A DNA stretch of 64,000 nucleotides from the human T2T-CHM13v2.0 reference genome, Homo sapiens. Below are positions 34,801-64,000 of the stretch, one piece after another. Position numbers and translations under genes: made by a program. The notes below the pieces were generated by a model. The model worked only from the letters and a program-made list of their open reading frames with translations, was not told where the DNA came from and did no database searches. Within the stretch, counting starts at the first letter, position 1, and the number at the start of each line of letters is the position of its first letter. The stretch lies in the NCBI RefSeq assembly GCF_009914755.1, contig NC_060946.1. One strand, 5' to 3'.

Positions 34801-35956
34801 AGCAAGGCACGGTTGGTGCTCCCGATTTCCCTGTAAGAGGAGCAGATCGGTGGTTGGACTCCACCTACTGCCCCCGACCCATGCCAGGCCACTCCCCAAA
34901 TGTCCAGGCTCCTGACCCCTCCTTTGGGATGTCATTGTGCCCACTGTGACGTGGGTGTCTTGCTGGCTAGCTCCCAAAGGGGCCGCCAGATCCTGTGCTG
35001 GGCCTCCCAACTGGTGCATGGACAGGCTGAGGAAGCACAGGCCGGGCAGAGCCCTGGCCAAGAGGGGCGTCTTGCGCCCACACTCACTTGGCAAGTTTCT
35101 GCAGCACCTGCTCGCACTCCAGCTGCTTCCGCTCAAGCTGCTCAGCATAGGGCACTGTCCATAGAGGGGTCACCACGTCGGCCACTCGTGTTACTGGTGG
35201 CTCACTCTCACCCTCCTGTCGCCTCCTCCTGGCCATGGGGTCGGCCTTGGGCCGGGCCAGGCGCACACTGAGTGGGCGGCCTTTCCAGAGGGCACCATGC
35301 AAAACGCGCAGGGCCTTGTCCCTCTCTGCAGCGCTGCGGAATGTCACAAAGGCGCAGGGTGGTTGCCCAAAGAGTTTGGTTTTGTGGGGCTGCAGACCAA
35401 AGCGGCCCAGGAAGCGCCGGACGTCGCTGAAGCTGGCGTGGCGAGGCACGTTCTGCAGCTCCAGTTTAAAGATCTCAGAGGTAAACAAGTCATCCCTGAT
35501 GTAGCTGTAGAGCCCGGGCTGAGGCCCCGGCCCTGTAGCCGCCCCAGCGCCCTCTTTCTCCACCTCCTCCAGGGCTGCCGGGGCTGCAGGGGGCACCGAG
35601 ACGGTAGGGCAGCTCAGGGCACTGCTGCTCTCCTGGCCACAGCTCTCCATGGGCTTCGGGCCCTGTGTGGGGACAGATGGGGTGCTAGGGTGAGGACTAG
35701 GCCCTGGGGGCCTGGCCCCCCAAGCTTCCTTATGGGACACCCAGACCTCCGTCGGTGCACTTTGCACTCAGCCCTGCCCCTCCCCCAGTCTACCCTCCCG
35801 ACCCCATTCCCGTCTCCTTTCCTCCCCCATCGCACCTGCCTCGTCCCCACCTATTCTCTGGCAGGTTTCCTGACCCACCCCGCCTCCTCCCACCCCATCC
35901 CCGTCTCTACCCAGCGTCTCCCCGCACTCTACCTCGTTGTCGAGGTTCTCACTCAT
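31613..35956 (-). CDS. TRMT2A: tRNA (uracil-5-)-methyltransferase homolog A, spliced CDS, 625 aa
   Basis: complement join(35933-35956,35088-35662,34722-34830,34316-34497,34015-34129,33811-33926,33624-33735,32736-32858,32482-32557,32168-32284,31961-32057,31613-31844) = 1878 nt. RRM, SAM motif [18 protein letters not shown], catalytic [15 protein letters not shown] (TrmA/RlmD family). Confidence 0.97.
31961..32057 (-). CDS. TRMT2A: TRMT2A exon 11 (catalytic Cys)
   Basis: ctcag|ATT...GGA|gtgagt; [11 protein letters not shown]. Confidence 0.95.
32168..32284 (-). CDS. TRMT2A: TRMT2A exon 10
   Basis: ttcag|AGT...TGC|gtgagt; [10 protein letters not shown]. Confidence 0.95.
32482..32557 (-). CDS. 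TRMT2A: TRMT2A exon 9
   Basis: ttcag|AAG...ATG|gtgagt; [18 protein letters not shown]. Confidence 0.95.
32736..32858 (-). CDS. TRMT2A: TRMT2A exon 8 (SAM-binding motif I)
   Basis: ccccag|GTG...CGG|gtgagc; [17 protein letters not shown]. Confidence 0.96.
33624..33735 (-). CDS. TRMT2A: TRMT2A exon 7
   Basis: cacag|AAA...CAG|gtagcc; [12 protein letters not shown]. Confidence 0.95.
33736..33801 (-). ncRNA. MIR6816: pre-miR-6816, tailed mirtron in the 75-nt TRMT2A intron 33736-33810
   Basis: GTGGGGCGGGGCAGGTCC...GGACCTGCACCTTCGCCCAC hairpin whose 3' end coincides with the intron AG. Confidence 0.8.
33811..33926 (-). CDS. TRMT2A: TRMT2A exon 6
   Basis: ccag|AAG...GCG|gtaagg; [14 protein letters not shown]. 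Confidence 0.95.
34015..34129 (-). CDS. TRMT2A: TRMT2A exon 5
   Basis: cacag|GTC...CAG|gtctca; [13 protein letters not shown]. Confidence 0.95.
34316..34497 (-). CDS. TRMT2A: TRMT2A exon 4
   Basis: tgcag|ACT...CCG|gtgagg; [12 protein letters not shown]. Confidence 0.95.
34722..34830 (-). CDS. TRMT2A: TRMT2A exon 3
   Basis: tacag|GGA...CAG|gtcaga; [29 protein letters not shown]. Confidence 0.95.
35088..35662 (-). CDS. TRMT2A: TRMT2A exon 2 (RRM)
   Basis: cacag|GGC...CAA|gtgagt; [23 protein letters not shown]...CAFVTFRS. Confidence 0.96.
35235..35480 (+). CDS. RANBP1: RANBP1 alternative first coding exon (long 278-aa isoform), antisense to TRMT2A exon 2
   Basis: GCC ATG G at 35235, 82 open codons, donor GAG|gtaaac at 35480 in phase 0 matching exon 2; recognised as the N-terminus [10 protein letters not shown] of the long annotated isoform. 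Confidence 0.7.
35933..35956 (-). CDS. TRMT2A: TRMT2A first coding segment (MSENLDNE)
   Basis: GCG ATG at 35956; donor GAG|gtagag. Confidence 0.93.
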
Positions 35957-36699
35957 CGCCCAGGCGGTTCTCCGCCTAGACCAGGGACGCCATGGGGGCC
36001 GCCTGGCCACCTCGTCCTGGGCCTGTCACAAGGGAAGTGGCCTGTCACAAGGGAAGTGCTCAGAGGGGAGGTGCTCACAGAGCCGGTGCAACGCCGCGAG
36101 GTCGCCGCCACCCCCGGCTTCGCCCCAGGCGGGGCGGGACTCGAACCTGCGATGCTCAGGTCCGGGTCTCAGGCTTGGGGCTGTACCGCCCGCCCGCCAG
36201 GGGCCCGCGCCGGCCGCTCGCTTCGCCAGCCACTCTTAGTCCGCCAGCGCGTGCGGCGGAGGCCGAGCGTCTCTATGATCCTGGCTTCTGGCAACGTCAT
36301 CGTCACGCGCCGGATCCAACCCCCAACCACTTTAGCCAGCTCTAGCGGCGCGCGTGGCCGGGACGGAAGTGCGCGCGGGGGTCGCCGGGAGTGCGCGCTC
36401 CTCTGGCTGACGGGCGGGCCGGGCATGCGCCGCGGGCGTTTTGGCGGGAAGCGCGGGGCGGGCCGGACAATGAGAGTGTCCGCCTCCTGAGCCAATAAAG
36501 CTGTACTGGTTTTGAATCGCGGCGCGTTTCCCGCCGCTGGGGTCAGGGGTCGAGGTTCGGGTCGTGGGGCGGAGGGAAGAGCGGGCGGGCGGGAGGCGCC
36601 GGCGCCAGACGCGGAGGGAAGGAGCTACGAGTAGCCGCCGAGAGGCCGCGGAGCCAGCGACGACCGACCCAGCCGAGCCGCCGCCGCCGCCGCGCCCCC

Positions 36700-46088
<9,389 letters not shown>

Positions 46089-46364
46089 ATCGTCTTATTT
46101 TATTTTCTTTTCCTCTCTTTCCTTTCCTTTTTTTAAAAAATTTTACCCTGCCCCTCTTTTTCGGTTTGTTTTTATTCTTTCATTTTTACAAGGGACGTTA
46201 TATAAAGAACTGAACTCAACATTCAGGTTGTTTTTTTTTTTGTTTCTAAGTTTTTGCCCTATTGAAGATGACTTCAGAAAATCCATTCCCCAGTCATGAA
46301 AATGTACTGTGCTAACTTTCTTTTCCATAGTGGAAACACTTATTTATAGTCATCAAAAATAGTG

Positions 46365-46370
46365 AATAAA
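46365..46370 (+). terminator. RANBP1 poly(A) signal
   Basis: AATAAA 277 nt after the stop, upstream TGTA, downstream GU-rich GACTGTGTGTGT. Confidence 0.8.
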
Positions 46371-47339
46371 AAACACATTTGGAACCTGGGCCAGATGGCA
46401 GGACTGTGTGTGTACAGGCCCCTGCGCTGTGAGCGCCGCTCGCCTAAGCCTCCCGGGTGTATGTCCAGGCCTGTCCGCAGCACAGGTGGGTGCTGCACCT
46501 CACGGTAGCCTGGGTTCCTGGGAGAGACGCCCTGGTGTCTGAGGTCGTGCATGTATCTTGCTGTGGGCCTTGAAGCTGAGGTGTCTGAGCTGGCGCTGGT
46601 GAGGGAGCCTGGCCAGGGGTGTCTGGTGCCGGGTGTGGTACTGATGCACGACTGTGGGCTGGGCAGCGTGGGCTCTGCCGAGGCAGGCTCCACTGTGCCT
46701 TATGGCCTGAACAGCTACTGCTTTTTTTCTATGGTGAGGAGGGGTGGGCTTTCTGTGTTTTGAGGAGAGAAAGGAAGACCACTGGAGTACCTTGGCTTTG
46801 GAGCAGGGAGGCAGTAGCCAACTGAGCAGAGTCTCTAGCATCGGCCAAGGCTGACTTTGGCCCCTGTGGCAGAGTGGCCCCTGTGGAGGGAAAGGCCAGT
46901 CTGGTGTGCTGGGGGTGGGGGCTCGGCCCTGTAGCTCTTCTTTTGGAAAGCCTATTGTACCCTGGCCTTGGAGAAAACTGGGGTCTTGGCCTCCTGGACT
47001 TGAAGTCCACACTTGGCAGTGTTGGAGTTATGGGCATCTGCAGTAACTTTAAATAAGGAGATATTTTCCAGTATGCCATTGGGGGTTGTCATGTGTAATG
47101 GATTGTCTCTGCAAATACCATCTTAAGTGTGTGGTCCCAACTGCCATAACGTGCCCTGTCACCGTTTGTCATGAACACCTACCAGACGTGCTTACTGTGA
47201 GGCTGGCTGCCTGCTGCCATCACTTGCTCTTTCGTGCCCTCCACCTGGGCCTGGGCCCTGTTCTCTCTGACCTCCGTGTGCTGTGTCCTGTCTGGTGACT
47301 GCCTGCTGGTTTAAACACCAGTCCTTTGTCTCTCTGGGG

Positions 47340-47670
47340 CAGGGGTCCCCAATCCCTGGCCTGCCGACCGGTACAAGTCTGGCCTGTTAAGAACTGGGCA
47401 ACACAGCAGGAGGTGAGTGGTGGGCGAGCGAGCTTTACCACCTGAGCGCCTCCCCTCAGATAAGCAGGGCATTAGATTCCTATAGGAGTGCGAACGCTAA
47501 CGTGAACTACGCATGTGAGGAATCCGGGTTGTGCACTCCTTATGAGAACCTAGTGCCTGATGATCTGGGGTGGACAGTTTCATCCTGAAACCACTCCCCC
47601 ACCCCTGGTCCATGGAAAAATTGTTTTCCACCAAACTGATCCTTGGTGCCAAAAGGGTTGGGGACTGCTG
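47340..47670 (+). mobile_element. MER1B (hAT) with perfect 8-bp TSD
   Basis: CAGGGGTCCCCAA...TTGGGGACTGCTG; TSD CTCTGGGG at 47332-47339 and 47671-47678. Confidence 0.88.
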
Positions 47671-47816
47671 CTCTGGGGGATGTACTTCCAAAGGCAACTA
47701 CTCTCAGGTTTGTTTATTTTTACATAAATGGGAACCACTTTATGGTCTCTAGCATCAGCCAAGGCTGACTTTGGTGGGTCCCTGTGGCAGAGTGGCCCCT
47801 GCAGAGGAAAAGGCCA

Positions 47817-47925
47817 GCTCAGGAGAGAAGGCTGTGCCGACTCCTCATGGTTTCCAGTGCCCTACATGTTCAGAGAAACGTCTTTGGTAATGAACTATGG
47901 AAATGGTCCCTGAAGGTATGGTCTT
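47817..47925 (-). pseudogene. 3'-truncated U3 snoRNA retrocopy (~first 110 nt of U3)
   Basis: Minus strand AAGACCATACCTTCAGGGACCATTTCCATAG...TTTCTCTGAACATGTAGGGCACTGGAAACCATGAGGAG...TCTCCTGAGC aligns to the U3 5' end AAGACTATACTTTCAGGGATCATTTCTATAG... with many transitions. Confidence 0.85.
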
Positions 47926-48963
47926 TGCTCTAGAAAAAGCCCAACTGATGACTCCTCACTGGCATCTTGACTGTGTTCTGTGAGCTGTGGCCCTCATGCT
48001 CATGGACTGCTTGCCTCCAGCAGGTTGGCAGGGGGACAGTGGTGCACTTTGCACCCAAGAAGAGGTGAAGCCTGTGCCCTATGCCCTGTGCCGAGTGAGG
48101 TCCTCGTGTTGGGAGGGTGACGCCGTCCACTGCAGATGGTGCCTTGCTGTGCTGCACTCTTGGTGACACCCGGGGCCCCAGGTCGGGTACAGGTGTCAGT
48201 TGGAGGCTTTGATGTCTGTGAAAGGGAGGGCCCCTTGCACTGGCTGGAGCTTCCAGGAGAGAAGCCCTTGGCTAGGACAGGCACCCCCCAGCACAGAAAG
48301 GATGTTTAGCATTCTGTATTTGATTTGGGGTTCCAATAAAATTCCAGGCTGACTTCCTTCATCTGGGGATGGGAGAAATGTCTCCAAGGGAGAGTCCCCA
48401 GCAGTGAGAAGGCCCCTCGGAATGGCTGGGAGACAGTGCCATCCTGTGGTGGGGCTGTGTTGCAGGGTGCATTTGAGGATGCAGCTTGTTGACACTGCAG
48501 GATGCGATGGTGCTGCGGGAAGGGAGCTGTGCTGGGAGACAGAATGCGTCCGCGTGCTGGCCCCACGGGACCACAGGGTAGGCTATACAAGGACGCCCAT
48601 GTGGGCACTCGGGCCAGCCGTCCAGCCCAGTGTGTTTCCATTGGCTTCCCTTTGGCAGACAATGGTGAGCAGAATGGGGTCCTGCCGGTGCTGGGGACTG
48701 TGTGAGAATGCAGTGTGCTTCAGCCTTCCATCCCATGTCTGTCTGCCGGGCTGCAGGCTGGGGAGCCTCCTGCTTTCTGCTTCATTTTCCTTTTCCCTGG
48801 GATCTTAGCTCTTCTTGAGGAGGAAACTAGGCCATGGGCTTGGCAGCCATGTTGGGGGGGGAGGCCGGTGCCAACCTCGCTTGGTTCTCTGTCTCCAGTA
48901 GTGGGTCTGCACTACTTGGGACCCCTCTGCCCAGGCCTCTGTGTTAAGGAAAAGGGATCCCAA

Positions 48964-49256
48964 GGCCAGATGCAATGGTTGACACCTGTCACCCCAGCAC
49001 TTTGGGAGGCAAACGTGGGAGGATCACTTCAGGCCAGGAGTTCAAGGCCAGCTTGGGCAACATAGTGAGAGACCCTATCTCTACAAAAAAATATAAAAAA
49101 AATAGCCTGGCATGGTGGTGCACGTCTGTGGTCCCAGCTACTTGGGAAGCTGAGGCAGGAGGATCACTTGAACCCTGGAGGTTGAGGCTTCAGTGAGCCA
49201 TGATTGCACCACTGCACTCCAGCCTGGGTGGCAGAGTGAAACCCTGTGTTAAAAAC
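48964..49256 (+). mobile_element. AluJ
   Basis: Diverged full Alu with J-type GGAGGATCACTT arms. Confidence 0.85.
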
Positions 49257-50980
49257 TCAAGGGAAAAGGGATCTCACAAGTAGGCCTGATTCCGCTTCTT
49301 CCCACTGTCAGCATTTGGCAGTTTACTCCAGGGTTCAGCTGGTGGAGGAAGGTGACAGTCCTGGCACCCTGCACAGAGCATGGGCATGGAGTCAGACCTG
49401 GATCCTGAGGGGCTCTGTGGCATGTGCCACTAGAGGAGGCACTTCATGGGGGAAGGTAGGAGCAAGGGCAAGGCTGGAGATGGGCACCAGGTGGCAGGTG
49501 TGTTGCCAACTGAGAGGCTCACTTGTGGCCACTGCAGAGCCCAGGTAACGAGCCATCTGCTCCAGTGGTGTCTGCTCTAGGCTCACCATTGTGCCCTGAG
49601 ACCCCTCCACTGCCTCAGAGCTACCATCAGTGCTTGGGAGCGCTCCAGGCTGCACCTCCTGGAGCAGGGCACCCTGAGAACAGAGCTTACCACTACGGCT
49701 GCCTGGGAGAAAGCCCATCACCATTTCTGCTGTGCAGTAGTTAGTTGCATTAAGGGCTGGGTCCCGGCCCCAGTCCTGGGTTCCTCCTTCCAATAGCCAC
49801 AACCCTGGCCTGCCCACCCTGAGGAGCTGCGGCCGGGTGCTTCCCCAGGGGAGCAGGGGCCTGCAGGCCAAGGAGCCTCATGCCTGTGCCGCAGGGTAGG
49901 GCCGCTCGGGGTTCTGGTTGCAGAGGAGCAGACACTCAGGGCTGGGGGCGATGGGTGAGGTCCCCCCACAGATCTCCACCTAGGGAGGGGTCTAATGGGT
50001 CTGGGCTTCAGAACAGGGGACGCTCGGGGCATGTTGGCGTGGCCGAGGACAATGACCCTCACTGGGGACGCTCCGGAGCTTGACTGAGGGTCTCCCGCTG
50101 GCACCGCCTCCTCTGCCGGCGTGTGTGTGTCTGGGGGGGGACCCACACGAGGCCCCGCCCCACCCCGCCCACAGCGCCGTCGGCCCCGGCCCGGTCCACC
50201 TTAAGCGGCGGCGGGGCGGGTGGGATTTCCTGCGGGAGGAGACGCGCCGGGCCTATCGGGCAGGGCCGGGGCGCCGGGCTTCCCAAAGGGCCCCGCCTCG
50301 GGGAGGATGGGGGCTCCAGCCGACCGTCTCTCAAGCCTGCAGCTCGGGCCAGGACGTGGAGGGCCCGGCGCCCGCTGGCCGGGCTCCTCCAGCCCAGTGG
50401 CCCGAGGGAGGGCTGCGAGGCGGTCAGAAGGCAAACAGCCACGACGCCGCTGCGGTGTCACACCCGCGCCCCCTCGTGAATTCCAAGGGGCTTCAGACCA
50501 GAGGGGTCGTTAGGGAAAGGGCTGCGCCCACAGACGCCCCCGAGGCCACCTGCACGGCTCCGCGGCCCGGGACCAGGGGGGCCTGGCCTTCGCCGTGGTG
50601 CCCACCAGCCGGGCCGCAGGGGTGCGTGGGTGCCCGGCCCCCGAGAGCCGCGGGCGCCCGCCGGGCTGGGGTCCCCGAGGCCGCGGGGTCCTGCCCCCTC
50701 CGAAGGTCCCGCGAACCGGTGGCGGTCCCCGGGCCCCATCGACTCGCCCCGCCCCGTCCCGCCCCGCCGCGGCCCCCAGCGCCCGGTCCACCTTAAGGGG
50801 CGCGCTGACATCAGCGCGCCGCCGCCGCCGCCGCCCGTGGGGTGGGATTTCCTCCGCCGCCGCCGCCGCCGCCGCCGCGGGTCCTGCGCCGCGTCCAGCC
50901 CGCCCGCCCGACCCCGGCCCGACCCCGGCCGGCCCTGCCCGCCCGGCCCCGGGGAGGGATGCGGCGGCGCGGCGCCCAGG

Positions 50981-62789
<11,809 letters not shown>

Positions 62790-64000
62790 GTGGGTGCCGG
62801 GAGGTGCGGGTGGGCTTCCTGGCACAGGGCAGCTGTCCAGCCGTCTCCAGGGCCCCTCTTGGCTGGGCACTCATAGGTCATCCCAGGGGCCTGAGTTTTT
62901 CTCTGGGGACGGGACAGGGAGGATGCGCCTCACCCTGCCTTGAAGGCCTTGGCTAGCCCGTGTGGCCCAGCTCTGAGGATGTCCTGGGCACGCTCTGGGG
63001 ACAGGGTATGAGAATTTGTGTCCTGAGCCCGACGACTCGTTCTTCTAGAGCTGGCACAGACCCAGCATGTGGGAGGCCATGGGGCTTTCTCTTTGGGGCC
63101 AGTATCATGTGGCAGCCTGGGCCTCCTTTAGGCTGTGGCTCTGGCTTCCTGGGTCACAGTGGCCCTGTCCACCCAGGGCTCTCCCTGGGCCTGCTTGGCT
63201 GCATCTCTAGGAGGCTGGGGCTGAGGATATTACCTAGCAGCAGAATGTGCCACCCTGAGTGGCCGGGCCCTGGCCCTCCCTGTAGGACATAGTTCTAGGA
63301 AGCAGGGGCTTCCCTGCTCGTAGGTGGGGAAGCTGAGGACTGGAGAAAGCAGGCTGGCTCCAGGCACCCGGCAGGTTGGTGACTGAGAAGGCGGGGTCAG
63401 CTGGCTCACAGGCCCAGGTCCAGGTAGGAGAGCTGCACACCTGCTGGGGCCAGGACCCACGCCACAGACGCATGGTGTCCTCACGGCATCTGTCGCCCTG
63501 TCCGGGCCTGGAAACCTCAAGCACAGGCGCAGTTGTTTCCCGTCGGCAGATGCAGCCCCAGAGGGAGAGCCCAGCCCAGCCCAGCCCAGGCCACTTGGCC
63601 ACAAAGGGGCTGAGGGCACAGCAGTCCAGCCCTGAGCGGGTCTCCTCTACCCCACAGGGTGGGACCTGTTCAGCTTTTGTGGAGTTGGGGAGGAGGCTGC
63701 CACTGGGAGTGATGAGTGGGGAGCCCGAGACCTAGAAGTGGGCAGCATTGCAGCCAGGCAGGGATCGCAGCCCGGGGACAAAGGGCTCTCGCCTCAAGAA
63801 GGTTTAAGTAGCAAAGATACAGCTGCTGTTGGTCAGCACTGGTGGGCAGGAGGGCAGCCCCTCGTTTTCCTGAGAGAGAGCAGGAATGAGGCCAGGCAGA
63901 GTGGCTGGGCTCCCAGTGCAGGGCACGGCAGGGGCTCCATTCAGTGCCCACCTGGCTGCCCCATGCTCTCTGTGGCCAGTGCTGGCTAGGAGGGACCCAG

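Noticed and set aside
36127-36199. Calling the TRMT2A leader element a tRNA gene
   Set aside because: No proper anticodon arm, no A box at the expected position, no U8 and no T-run terminator; reported only as a tRNA-like finding.
35297-36490. 397-aa + strand ORF across TRMT2A exon 2 and the promoter
   Set aside because: Antisense shadow of coding sequence plus CpG-island GC richness; no recognisable domain.
47817-47925. Functional U3 gene
   Set aside because: Lacks the 3' half (boxes C/D), has substitutions in box A/A', and no snRNA promoter is evident.

Overview
Human 22q11.2 (DiGeorge/velocardiofacial deletion interval) genomic DNA. The species call rests on recognisably human protein sequences and a human-specific AluYb8. 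The window holds four spliced protein-coding genes whose exons I traced junction by junction. DGCR8 (+) has coding exons 2-14 here, 773 aa, with non-coding exon 1 upstream of the window. TRMT2A (-) has 12 coding exons, 625 aa. RANBP1 (+) is 201 aa, plus a 278-aa form whose first exon lies antisense inside TRMT2A coding sequence. ZDHHC8 (+) has exons 1-10 here, with the last exon beyond the window. Embedded small RNAs are MIR3618 and MIR1306 (DGCR8 exon 2), the mirtron MIR6816 (TRMT2A intron), SNORA77B (RANBP1 intron) and a truncated U3 retrocopy. There are many Alu, L1, LTR and DNA-transposon relics and a large GT-rich VNTR. The most notable candidate is a ~75-80-nt tRNA-shaped element in the 5' leader of the tRNA m5U54 methyltransferase gene TRMT2A itself. 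It has an acceptor-like stem, a GG-containing D-like arm and a GUUCGAGUC T-loop, and can refold into a competing hairpin. It may be a substrate-mimic feedback element, parallel to the known DGCR8 hairpin autoregulation next door; this is an untested inference. Other points of interest are a 3n-length U12 intron in ZDHHC8 whose only in-frame stop is its branch point, a U3 copy fused to a local duplication, a duplicated ZDHHC8 promoter module, and candidate recursive splice sites. No database searches or folding programs were run; repeat family names and boundaries are by eye.
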